This document shows positions 9,608 through 18,658 of a stretch of 64,000 bases of DNA, piece after piece. The stretch lies in contig CAYPRT010000008.1 of assembly GCA_964413155.1 (NCBI GenBank), forward strand, positions 53 to 64,052, given 5' to 3'. Origin of the DNA: an uncultured Hyphomicrobiales bacterium (GTDB lineage: Bacteria > Bacteroidota > Ignavibacteria > Kapaibacteriales > UBA2268). How positions within the stretch are numbered: position 1 is the stretch's first letter; the number at the start of each line of letters is the position of its first letter. Under the pieces are notes generated by a model that had not been told where the DNA came from, did not search any database, and saw nothing but the letters and a program-made list of their open reading frames with translations. Made by a program: the position numbers and the translations under genes.

Positions 9608-10603
9608 ATGAAAATTTTTAAAGGCCTTTTAATCTTTATTTTCGTTTTGATAGTAATTCTTCTTATTGTTACCGTTTTTCTTCCATCCCACTTTAAGGTC
9701 GAAAGAAGCATCGAAATCAAATCTTCTCCAATAATAATCTATTATTTGATAAATGATTTTCATAATTGGAAGTATTGGGATCCTTGGTGGAAGCTTGATA
9801 CAGCGCAAGTTCGCAGCTACGAAGGTCCATTGTTCGGTAAAAATGCCTCTTTCCGTTGGAAAAGCAAGAACAAAAACATAGGTAGTGGCGAGGTTAAAAT
9901 TGTTGATGATAAGCCCTTTGAAAATCTTAAAATGAATTTCATTTTCGGACACGAAATGATGTCCACGAGCGAGTTTCGTCTCTTTAATTTCGACGAGAAA
10001 GTAAATGTTGTTTGGAGCCTCGAAGGAGACCTCAAATTTCTTGCTAAATGGTTTAGATTTTTTATGGATGAAGCAGTAGGCAAAGATTTTTCCGAAGGTT
10101 TGGCTAATTTAAAAAAACTTGCAGAGAAAATTGCTTTCGAAAAATTTATTTTTTTGAATGATTCTTTTCCCAAAATTGATATAATTTTTATTTCCGATTC
10201 TTCATCGTGGGATAGAAACAAATTTCTCCAAAAAATTTATAAAAACTATACAGAATTGTATGAATTTTCAAAAAATACGAACTTGCAATTGATTGGTAAT
10301 CCTATTTCAATATATAAAAATATTTCGAAAGATGGTATTTCATTCGATTTGTGTATACCAGCAATTATTCCTGATACAACTGAATTTTCAGGGAAAATTC
10401 AAAAAGGAGTTCTTCCTAATTGTAATGTTATTCGTTGTGTTTCTTTCGGACAAACAGATTTTAATGGAATTCAAAGCAAAATCAATGAATATTTAACAAA
10501 AAAAGGATTTATCCAAAAGTGGAATATTTTCGAAATGTTTTATTCCGATCCGTTTAAAACTAATTCTTCAGATAATATTTCAATTTTTTACTGTCCAATA
10601 TAG
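9608..10603 (+). CDS. membrane-anchored protein with an SRPBCC-like (Bet v1/polyketide-cyclase-like) domain and a C-terminal GyrI-like small-molecule-binding domain
   Basis: N-terminal TM helix; the FKVERSIEIKSSP...NDFHNWKYWDPWW start resembles SRPBCC; the C-terminal ...IFEMFYSDP resembles the GyrI-like E.Y.ndP ending. Confidence 0.45.
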   Translation: MKIFKGLLIFIFVLIVILLIVTVFLPSHFKVERSIEIKSSPIIIYYLINDFHNWKYWDPWWKLDTAQVRSYEGPLFGKNASFRWKSKNKNIGSGEVKIVDDKPFENLKMNFIFGHEMMSTSEFRLFNFDEKVNVVWSLEGDLKFLAKWFRFFMDEAVGKDFSEGLANLKKLAEKIAFEKFIFLNDSFPKIDIIFISDSSSWDRNKFLQKIYKNYTELYEFSKNTNLQLIGNPISIYKNISKDGISFDLCIPAIIPDTTEFSGKIQKGVLPNCNVIRCVSFGQTDFNGIQSKINEYLTKKGFIQKWNIFEMFYSDPFKTNSSDNISIFYCPI

Positions 10604-10761
10604 TCTTTTCTTTTTTTTAATTTATTTTTCTTTCATTCTCTTACTTTCAAGCAAATGCCAGTCCATACTAATTTTAAATGATAAAAAATTACTTTTTGCT
10701 TAATTCAAATTTATTTTAATCAAAATCGTCTTTAAAACAATATTAAGCATTTGGTTTTAAA

Positions 10762-12444
10762 ATGAAAAAAGTAATTTTGATAAATTCGGCAATAAACGAA
10801 ACAAGGATAGCAATAACCGAAGACGGGAAACTTGCCGAATATTTTGTCGAAACTCCTGACAAAGAAAAGTTTGTTGGTAATATATATCTTGGTAGAATAA
10901 CACGAGTTCTTCCAAGTTTGAACGCTGCTTTTGTGGATATTGGCTTAAAGCAAAATGCTTTTCTACATTTTTCAGATGTCGATGAAAGGTTTAAACAGAT
11001 TCTTTGGGAAGAAGATGCCGAACACGATTGTTTACAAGAAAATGGAAATGGTAGTAATAATAGTGTTATTACCGAAATTGACAATCTAATTGAGAATTTA
11101 GGCGATGGAAATGGAAAGTCTGAGCATAAAAATTTAAAACGAAATGTTAAAAAAGGCGAGAAATCTAAGGAAAAGAACATACAGTTAAGCTTTAAACTGG
11201 ATATTAAAGAAAACCAGTTGATTCCAGTACAGGTTGTTCGCGAAGCTTTTGCGAACAAAGGAGTAAAAGTAACAACGCGAATTTCTGTTCCTGGGCGTTA
11301 TCTTGTGCTAGTTCCTGATTTTAATATTATTGGAATATCACGAAAAATTAATTCCCCACAGGAAAGACGTCGGCTGCGTAATATAGTTTCTCGAGTTACC
11401 CAAAAAGAATACGGATGTATTATTCGAACTGCTGCTGTGGGACGGAACGAGGAGGATTTTGCTGCGGATTGGGAAAAACTAAAAGAAACTTGGTCAAAGA
11501 TTCAGAAAAAGGCAGAAAATGCTCGCGAACCTATGCTGTTGTACAAAGATATGGAATTAACTACAAGTATTATTCGCGACCTATTCCGAAATGATGTCGA
11601 TAAAGTAATAGTTGATTCTAAAAAACTCTACAAAGAAATTATTGAATATCTTGAAGACTATTCTCCTGAATTTATTGAGCGAGTTGAACTATACAAAGAT
11701 AAAACACCATTATTTGATTATTACAATATTGAAAAAGATATTGAACTTACTAAGCAAAGGAAAGTGCCACTGCCAAGCGGTGGAAGCATTGTGATTGACC
11801 AAACCGAGGCTATGTTCATTATTGATGTGAATTCTGGGAAATTGGTAAGCGAGGCTACCCAAGAGATAAATGCATTCAAAACAAATATGGAGGCTGTGAA
11901 CGAGATTGCTCGCCAAATCCGCTTGCGAGACCTTGCTGGTATTATAATTATTGATTTTATTGATATGCATGATCCTCTTAACAGGAAGAAGATTTACTAT
12001 GCGATGCGTCGTGCAATGAAGAAAGATAGAGCAAAGGCAGTAGTTTTTCCCTTAACAGAGCTTTCTTTGATGCAGATTACTCGGCAAAGGATTAGCTTGA
12101 ATATAGCTGAAAAGGTAACGGAAGTATGTCCTTTGTGCAAAGGCATAGGTAGAGTTCCAACCAAAGCGGAAGTTTTAACAAAAATAGAACGATGGTTAAA
12201 GAATTTTAAATCCAAATCTAAAGAGTTTCGTGTCAGGCTTTATGTCCATCCTCATATTGCAGAATATTTAACCGAAGGAAATATTTCTCGGCTTACAAAG
12301 TTAATGTTGAAGTATTTTCTAAGAATTAAATTAGTTATCGACGAAAGTCTCGCAATTGACCAATTTAGATTTGAATCAATCAAGCAAGGTAAAGATATTA
12401 CCAATCAATATTTAGAATTCGCTTATGAAGAGGGAATCAATTAA
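10762..12444 (+). CDS. rng: ribonuclease G (RNase E/G family, no C-terminal scaffold)
   Basis: S1 domain (VGNIYLGRITRVLPSLNAAFVDIG) plus the RNase E/G catalytic core; 560 aa; carries a low-complexity Gly/Asn/Lys insertion. Confidence 0.85.
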   Translation: MKKVILINSAINETRIAITEDGKLAEYFVETPDKEKFVGNIYLGRITRVLPSLNAAFVDIGLKQNAFLHFSDVDERFKQILWEEDAEHDCLQENGNGSNNSVITEIDNLIENLGDGNGKSEHKNLKRNVKKGEKSKEKNIQLSFKLDIKENQLIPVQVVREAFANKGVKVTTRISVPGRYLVLVPDFNIIGISRKINSPQERRRLRNIVSRVTQKEYGCIIRTAAVGRNEEDFAADWEKLKETWSKIQKKAENAREPMLLYKDMELTTSIIRDLFRNDVDKVIVDSKKLYKEIIEYLEDYSPEFIERVELYKDKTPLFDYYNIEKDIELTKQRKVPLPSGGSIVIDQTEAMFIIDVNSGKLVSEATQEINAFKTNMEAVNEIARQIRLRDLAGIIIIDFIDMHDPLNRKKIYYAMRRAMKKDRAKAVVFPLTELSLMQITRQRISLNIAEKVTEVCPLCKGIGRVPTKAEVLTKIERWLKNFKSKSKEFRVRLYVHPHIAEYLTEGNISRLTKLMLKYFLRIKLVIDESLAIDQFRFESIKQGKDITNQYLEFAYEEGIN

Positions 12445-13594
12445 AAAAATAACAATCCTCGGTTCAACTGGTTCAATTGGGACGCAAACTTTACAAGTGG
12501 TTGAGGAAAGCTCTGATAGATTTGAAATAGAGTTTCTTACAACAAATACAAATATTGATTTATTAGCTGAACAAATCGACAAGTTCCGACCCCGCGCTGT
12601 TGTTATTAAAGATTATGAAAAGTATAAAGAATTTAAAAAGAAGTACTCCTTTGCTGGCGAAATCTTAACTGGCGAGGAAGGATTGTGTATTGCAGCTTCT
12701 TCCGATAACAACGAATTGGTAGTTTCTGCTCTGGTAGGGTTTTCGGGAGTATTACCAACTATTTGTGCTTTGAGGAAGGGGATTGATGTAGCCCTTGCAA
12801 ACAAGGAAGTTTTGGTTTCCGCAGGGAAATTTGTTTCCGAAATCTCGGCACAAAATGGTGCCGGGATTATTGCAATCGATAGTGAGCACAACGCAATTTT
12901 GCAATGTTTGATTGGTGAAGATATTTCCTCGGTTGAAAAAATTATTTTGACTGCTTCGGGGGGACCTTTTTTTGGTGCAACAACTGAAAATCTTACCTAT
13001 GTAAATGTAGACGAAGCATTGGCACATCCGCGTTGGAATATGGGGAAAAAAATTTCAATTGATTCTGCAACCTTGATGAACAAGGGTTTCGAGGTTATCG
13101 AGGCTCATTGGTTATTCAAACTTGAACCAAGCCAAATTCAGGTTGTTGTTCATCCCGAAAGTATAATTCATTCACTTGTTCAGTTCGTTGATGGTTCTGT
13201 TAAAGCTCACATGGGTTTTCAAGATATGCGAATACCAATTTCCTTTGCGTTGAACTATCCTGAAAGAAGATTTTACAATTTTCCAAGAATTGATTTGCTT
13301 CAAATTAGAAAATTGCATTTCTTTCCACCCGATACCCAAACTTTCCCTTGTCTTCGTTTTGCATACGAAGCCCTTGAAGTTGGGGGCACAGCACCAACTA
13401 TTCTGAATTCTGCAAATGAAACTGCTGTTCAAGCATTTCTGGAAAACAGAATTTCCTTTGTTCAAATTCCTCTTTGCATTGATTATGCTTTGAATAATAT
13501 TGAAATAGTAAAAGACCCAACTCTTGAGGAAGTTTTTGAAACGGACAAAATCGCCCGAGAATTAACAGAAAGATTTATTAACAAAAACAATTAA
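12425..13594 (+). CDS. dxr: 1-deoxy-D-xylulose 5-phosphate reductoisomerase
   Basis: N-terminal NADPH motif ITILGSTGSIGTQTL; about 390 aa. Confidence 0.92.
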   Translation: MKRESIKKITILGSTGSIGTQTLQVVEESSDRFEIEFLTTNTNIDLLAEQIDKFRPRAVVIKDYEKYKEFKKKYSFAGEILTGEEGLCIAASSDNNELVVSALVGFSGVLPTICALRKGIDVALANKEVLVSAGKFVSEISAQNGAGIIAIDSEHNAILQCLIGEDISSVEKIILTASGGPFFGATTENLTYVNVDEALAHPRWNMGKKISIDSATLMNKGFEVIEAHWLFKLEPSQIQVVVHPESIIHSLVQFVDGSVKAHMGFQDMRIPISFALNYPERRFYNFPRIDLLQIRKLHFFPPDTQTFPCLRFAYEALEVGGTAPTILNSANETAVQAFLENRISFVQIPLCIDYALNNIEIVKDPTLEEVFETDKIARELTERFINKNN

Positions 13595-13597
13595 AAT

Positions 13598-14977
13598 ATG
13601 GAAATTTTAAATAACCTTTTTTATTTCGTAGTTGTAATTGGAGTCCTTGTAATTTTTCACGAATTTGGTCATTTTATTGCTGCAAGACTTTCGGGAATTC
13701 GTGTCGATGTTTTTTCGATTGGAATGGGTCCAAGGTTATTTGGGTACAATAAAGTAAATGGCTTTACTTTTGGAAAGTTACCAGAAAAGTTCGAATTAAA
13801 TGGATTTTGTGATTATCGCGTTTGCTTATTCCCAATAGGTGGTTATGTAAAAATTGCAGGGATGATCGACGAAAGCTTGGATAAATCTTTTCTCGAGACC
13901 CCCCCTAAAGAATATGAATTTCGAAGCAAAGGAACCTTAACCAAGCTTTTTGTTATTTCTGCTGGCGTAATAATGAATTTTATTCTTGCAATTTTTTTAT
14001 TTGCGGTAATTTCATTTTCCGAAGGGAAGGTACTTTGGAAAACTACACGAGTGGGTTATGTTCAAAAAAAATCACTTGCCGAAAAAATAGGAATTCGTGA
14101 AGGTGACAAAATTCTTTCTATCGATGGAAAGGCCGTTTCCGATTGGAATGATATTATTTCTTTACTTTCACTGGAGAATTTTGGTAAAAGCAAAACTGTA
14201 ACTCTACTTAGGACATCCGACACAATTACTCTTTATGTTGATGGAGACCAAATTGTAAAAACTTTAACAAAGGGTATTTCCACTCTTGGTTTAACACCTG
14301 AAAAATTCTATGTTTATGTTCGAGATGTTGAAACTCTTGCTCCTGCTGGGAAAGTTGGATTGAAAAGTGGCGATACAATCTTGGCTATTAATGATGAACC
14401 TATCAATGCGTTTGATGAATTAACTTATTTGCTATCTTTGAATAAATCAAAGCCTATTCTTCTTACTTGGAAGCGTGGAAACTTAGTTCTTTCCGATTCA
14501 GTAATACCTACTAATCAGGGTAAACTTGGTTTTTATCCTGGTTTCCATTTTGCTGGGAAGAAAGATACAATTTATTATGGTGTGTTTACAGCACTCCTTA
14601 ATGGCGTAAAAGAAACCTGGCGTTCCTCGGAACTCTTTGTTTCATCAGTATTTCAAATATTTAAGGGGAATATATCGGCTAGGGAATCTCTTGGGGGACC
14701 GATAGCAATCGCAAAGAGTGCCTCCCAGCAAGCAAATCTTGGCTTGATTTATTTCCTGAATTTTATTGCATTACTGTCGATTACTTTAGCAATAATTAAT
14801 ATTTTACCTGTTCCCGCACTCGATGGGGGGCATTTTCTAATTATTCTTATCGAAGGTTTATTCCGAAGGGAGCTTCCAATTAAGGCAAAATTAGTTATTC
14901 AAAACATTGGAATCGCAATTATTGTTCTTTTGATGATATTCGTAATATTTAACGATATTTCAAGGATAATCAAATAA
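13598..14977 (+). CDS. rseP: RIP metalloprotease RseP (site-2 protease) with PDZ domains
   Basis: HEFGHF zinc motif in the first TM segment; PDZ region; LDGG motif near the C-terminus; conserved dxr-rseP linkage. Confidence 0.88.
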   Translation: MEILNNLFYFVVVIGVLVIFHEFGHFIAARLSGIRVDVFSIGMGPRLFGYNKVNGFTFGKLPEKFELNGFCDYRVCLFPIGGYVKIAGMIDESLDKSFLETPPKEYEFRSKGTLTKLFVISAGVIMNFILAIFLFAVISFSEGKVLWKTTRVGYVQKKSLAEKIGIREGDKILSIDGKAVSDWNDIISLLSLENFGKSKTVTLLRTSDTITLYVDGDQIVKTLTKGISTLGLTPEKFYVYVRDVETLAPAGKVGLKSGDTILAINDEPINAFDELTYLLSLNKSKPILLTWKRGNLVLSDSVIPTNQGKLGFYPGFHFAGKKDTIYYGVFTALLNGVKETWRSSELFVSSVFQIFKGNISARESLGGPIAIAKSASQQANLGLIYFLNFIALLSITLAIINILPVPALDGGHFLIILIEGLFRRELPIKAKLVIQNIGIAIIVLLMIFVIFNDISRIIK

Positions 14978-15044
14978 TTTATTTTTTCTTTTAAGTAAAA
15001 TAAATTGTTTGAATTCCAAAAGATTTGGCTTAAATAAAAATAAA

Positions 15045-15078
15045 ATAAAAAAGGGGAAATATTCCCCTTTATTAAGTT
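15045..15078. terminator. bidirectional rho-independent terminator between convergent rseP and sucC (GGGGAA-ATA-TTCCCC flanked by an A-tract and a T-tract)
   Basis: Near-palindrome with A-rich 5' and T-rich 3' flanks, seen directly. Confidence 0.55.
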
Positions 15079-15092
15079 TAAAAAATTTATGC

Positions 15093-16334
15093 TTATAACG
15101 AAGAAACAACTTCAGTAACAGTTTTTGCTGCTTCTTCGAACGTTTTTGCAACTCTAAATTTTAAATTTGAATTTTTAAGTATATTCAAACCTTCTTCTGC
15201 ATTTGTGCCATCAAGGCGGATTATTACTGGAACCTTTACTTCAACTTGATTCAATGCTTCAACAATTCCATTTGCTACTTTATCGCAACGAACAATCCCA
15301 CCAAAAATATTTATTAATACTGCTTTCACGTTGGGGTCTGAAATCATTATTTTGAAAGCATTGGCAATTCGTTCGACATTGGCACCGCCACCAACATCGA
15401 GAAAGTTTGCAGGTTTTCCCCCACAAAGTTGAATTAAATCCATTGTTGCCATTGCAAGGCCAGCACCGTTGACCATGCATCCAACGTTGCCATCAAGCTT
15501 AATGTAGTTTAAATCGTATTTCGAGGCTTCTACTTCGAGTGGGTCTTCTTCGGAAATATCCCGCAGTTCGGTATATTCTGGATGGCGGAACAAAGCGTTA
15601 TCATCGAAATTCATTTTAGCATCGAGTGCTATCATTTTACCTTCGGTTGTTAGAACCAAAGGATTGATTTCCAACAAACTGCAATCCAGTTCTTCGTAGG
15701 CTTTTACGAGTTGCATTATGAAATAGACAAAGTTTTTGAATGCTTCACCTTGCAATCCTAAACCAAATGCAAGGCGGCGCGCTTGGAAAGTCTGGAATCC
15801 AATTGCTGGGTTTATCCATTCTTTGATAATTTTTTCAGGTGTTTCGGCAGCTACTTTTTCGATTTCAACTCCACCTTCTTTTGAAACCATAATTGTGTTT
15901 CTCCCAACTTTGCGGTCGAGCACAATTCCAGCATAGTATTCTTTTTCAATCGAAACTCCCTCTTCCAGAAGTAGTTTGCGAATTATTGTGCCTGCCTGCC
16001 CTGTTTGAACAGTTACAAGCTTTTTCCCGAGCATTTTAACAGCATATTGATAAACTTTATCGGAAAGGTTTTCGCCAGTAACAACATTAACACCTCGAAC
16101 TTCTTTTTCGAAAAGCATCATTGGTTCGTTTGTTTCTGGGTCGTAAACAACACCTTTCCCACGTCCACCAGCGAAAACTTGTGCTTTAACGACAACGGTA
16201 GTTCTACCTTGCGATTCGAAGTCGTTGTATGCAATTTGGCCAGCGTCGTAGGCAGAAAAAACAACACGATTGAAAAGTGTTGGTACATTAAACTTTTTTA
16301 AAAGCTCTTTTGCTTGATATTCGTGAATTTTCAT
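15093..16334 (-). CDS. sucC: succinyl-CoA synthetase (ADP-forming) beta subunit
   Basis: MKIHEYQAKELLKKFNVP N-terminus; ATP-grasp plus CoA-ligase domain (GNVGCMVNGAGLAMATMD). Confidence 0.9.
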   Translation of the reverse strand: MKIHEYQAKELLKKFNVPTLFNRVVFSAYDAGQIAYNDFESQGRTTVVVKAQVFAGGRGKGVVYDPETNEPMMLFEKEVRGVNVVTGENLSDKVYQYAVKMLGKKLVTVQTGQAGTIIRKLLLEEGVSIEKEYYAGIVLDRKVGRNTIMVSKEGGVEIEKVAAETPEKIIKEWINPAIGFQTFQARRLAFGLGLQGEAFKNFVYFIMQLVKAYEELDCSLLEINPLVLTTEGKMIALDAKMNFDDNALFRHPEYTELRDISEEDPLEVEASKYDLNYIKLDGNVGCMVNGAGLAMATMDLIQLCGGKPANFLDVGGGANVERIANAFKIMISDPNVKAVLINIFGGIVRCDKVANGIVEALNQVEVKVPVIIRLDGTNAEEGLNILKNSNLKFRVAKTFEEAAKTVTEVVSSL

Positions 16335-16381
16335 AACATTTTTAATCTAATGTGGTAAATACAATTTTCAAAACTACAAAA

Positions 16382-16873
16382 TTAATTTGTATCATTGCGA
16401 CTAATTACAACCAAAGTTTGTTCGGAATCAACTTGTTGCCCTGCCGAAACATTAATTTCCTTTACAATGCCGTCGATTGAAGAATACAATGTGATTTCCA
16501 TTTTCATTGCTTCAACAACAATAATTGGTGTACCTTCTTCGACTTTCTGACCCAATTCAACTAACAATTTTACAATGCTACCGGGCATTGGTGGTTTGAT
16601 ATATTCGATATTTTTGTGCTTTTCTTCTTCGATTTCGATAGTGGTTTCCATCTCATCTACTTTTTGTATTGTAAATTGCTCACCTTCGATAAAAACATAA
16701 GCAAATTTATCGTCGTTTGCAACAAAGACAACCTTTTCCTCATCTCCAATTTTGATTTTCAAAATGTTGTCGTTATACTTAGTGAAGGAATATGGAAAAA
16801 CATCTTCATCGATTGATAATTGTTCGTTTGAAGTTTCAATTGAATATCTTTTTCCTTTGTAGTTGAAATACAT
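16382..16873 (-). CDS. biotin carboxyl carrier (biotinyl domain) protein with an approximately 90-aa N-terminal extension
   Basis: EAMKM biotinylation motif (VVEAMKMEITL); preceded by a strong SD (AGGAGG, 5-nt spacer); in frame with the upstream biotin carboxylase and separated from it only by a TAG. Confidence 0.75.
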   Translation of the reverse strand: MYFNYKGKRYSIETSNEQLSIDEDVFPYSFTKYNDNILKIKIGDEEKVVFVANDDKFAYVFIEGEQFTIQKVDEMETTIEIEEEKHKNIEYIKPPMPGSIVKLLVELGQKVEEGTPIIVVEAMKMEITLYSSIDGIVKEINVSAGQQVDSEQTLVVISRNDTN

Positions 16874-16882
16874 TGTAACCTC

Positions 16883-18385
16883 CTAATTTTTTCCTGATGC
16901 AATTTCCCAACGCCCAAGTGTTTCCCAAGGGCTTGGAATCGTTTGCCTTCCACTTGAAATCTTTATTGCTTTAGGTTTGGTCTTAAATGCATATTCTGCA
17001 GCAGCAAGTGCGTATTTAATTAATTCTGGGTCTGGGGAATACTTTAACCCAAAGTGTTTCTCGATGAAATTAGTAAATGTATTTCCCGATATCCATTCGG
17101 GGTGCTCGAGGACTCTTATCATAAAGCCAATTGAAGTTTTCGTTCCAAGTATCACCGTATTTTTTAAAGCATTTATCATTCTTCGTCGGGCTTCTTCTCT
17201 ATTCGAGCCCCAAACGATTAGCTTAGCCATAATTGGGTCGTAGAAAACAGGAACCTCGCATCCTTGGTAAATTCCTGAGTCAAAACGAATACCTGGTCCA
17301 GTTGGTTCACGAAGGAACAGGATTTTTCCACTCGATGGTAGGAAATTGTTTTCTGGATCTTCAGCATAAATACGGCATTCAATTGCGTGTCCTTTCTGCT
17401 GGAGTTCATCTTGGGTAAAAGGCAATTTTTCGCCGCTTGCAATTTGAATCTGAAGTTTAACCAAGTCCACTCCTGTAGTTAGTTCCGTAATTGGATGTTC
17501 AACTTGAATCCTTGCATTTACTTCGAGAAAATAAAAGTTTCCATTTTTGTCTAAAAGAAATTCAACTGTTCCGAGATTTGTATAACCTGCAGCTTTAATT
17601 GCTTTTACAGCAGTTTCGCCCATCTTTCGACGAAGTTCAGGGTTTAAAGCAATCGAAGGTGTTTCCTCGATGATTTTTTGATGTCGTCTTTGAATTGAAC
17701 ATTCCCTTTCAAATAAGTATACTGCGCTTCCATAATTGTCTGCTGCTACTTGAAATTCGATGTGTCGAGGGGAGTCGATGTATTTTTCTAAATAAATTGC
17801 ATCGCTTTTAAAAGCCGAGATAGATTCACGAATTGCAGAATTAACTGAGTCTTGGAGTTCAGATTCACTTCGAACAATCCTCATTCCTTTGCCACCACCA
17901 CCATCGGATGCTTTAACAAGAACAGGATAACCGAGTTCTGCCGCGAACTTTTTAAATTCATTGATATCTTTGGTTGCGGATTTCATTCCGGGTATTATTG
18001 GAACTCTAGACTCAAGCATTGTTCTACGGGATTGGATCTTAGAACCCAACAGTGACATCGACTCTGGGTTTGACCCAATAAAAATTAGTCCAGCGTCACG
18101 CACCATTCGGTTAAATTCAGCTTGCTCGGAAAGAAAACCGTAGCCAGGATGGATTGCGTCGCAATTTGTTTTTTTTGCTGCCTCAATTATTGCTTTCATA
18201 TTTAGATATGATTTCAAAGGCTGGGATTCACCGATATATACAGCTTCGTCGGCAAGTAAAGTATGCAATGCGTTTTTGTCCACATCTGAATAAACAGCGA
18301 CAGAGCGAATTCCAAGTTCCTTGCAAGCTTTTATTATTCGGCAAGCAATTTCACTTCGGTTCGCAATAAGTATTTTTCTAATCAT
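16883..18385 (-). CDS. accC: biotin carboxylase (ATP-grasp) subunit of a biotin-dependent carboxylase, with an approximately 50-aa C-terminal extension
   Basis: MIRKILIANRSEIACRIIKACKELGI...; ATP-grasp and biotin carboxylase C-domain; 500 aa versus about 450 for a typical AccC. Confidence 0.88.
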   Translation of the reverse strand: MIRKILIANRSEIACRIIKACKELGIRSVAVYSDVDKNALHTLLADEAVYIGESQPLKSYLNMKAIIEAAKKTNCDAIHPGYGFLSEQAEFNRMVRDAGLIFIGSNPESMSLLGSKIQSRRTMLESRVPIIPGMKSATKDINEFKKFAAELGYPVLVKASDGGGGKGMRIVRSESELQDSVNSAIRESISAFKSDAIYLEKYIDSPRHIEFQVAADNYGSAVYLFERECSIQRRHQKIIEETPSIALNPELRRKMGETAVKAIKAAGYTNLGTVEFLLDKNGNFYFLEVNARIQVEHPITELTTGVDLVKLQIQIASGEKLPFTQDELQQKGHAIECRIYAEDPENNFLPSSGKILFLREPTGPGIRFDSGIYQGCEVPVFYDPIMAKLIVWGSNREEARRRMINALKNTVILGTKTSIGFMIRVLEHPEWISGNTFTNFIEKHFGLKYSPDPELIKYALAAAEYAFKTKPKAIKISSGRQTIPSPWETLGRWEIASGKN

Positions 18386-18386
18386 T

Positions 18387-18414
18387 TTAGATTTGTTTTA
18401 TTAGATTTGTTTTA
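18387..18414. repeat. perfect tandem duplication of a 14-bp unit (TTAGATTTGTTTTA x2) directly abutting the accC start codon
   Basis: Seen directly in the sequence. Confidence 0.6.
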
Positions 18415-18658
18415 ATTCAAAACCTAAAATTAAAAATTTACACAATAGAAAATGACAAGTAAAACCTAGATTAAACACAAATTGCCGAGTTTATCTTTTA
18501 ATTTTCTTTAATATCAAATAGTTATGATTATCAAGTAATTTAAAAAGCAAAATAAATTTTGTATGCAAAAAGTGTTATCTTTTATTTATTTATTTTCTTA
18601 ACTACTAAATAATTTACTAAATTGCAAATTCGAATGTTCAACTTTAGGGAAAATTGAA

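Noticed and set aside
16871-16885. Treating the TAG between BC and BCCP as a certain sequencing error and calling a single fused pseudogene
   Set aside because: An intact AGGAGG SD with 5-nt spacing precedes the downstream ATG, so a bona fide two-gene arrangement is equally plausible. Reported as a finding rather than as a pseudogene.
16977-18369. Multiple short plus-strand ORFs inside accC
   Set aside because: Antisense shadow ORFs within a confidently identified biotin carboxylase gene.
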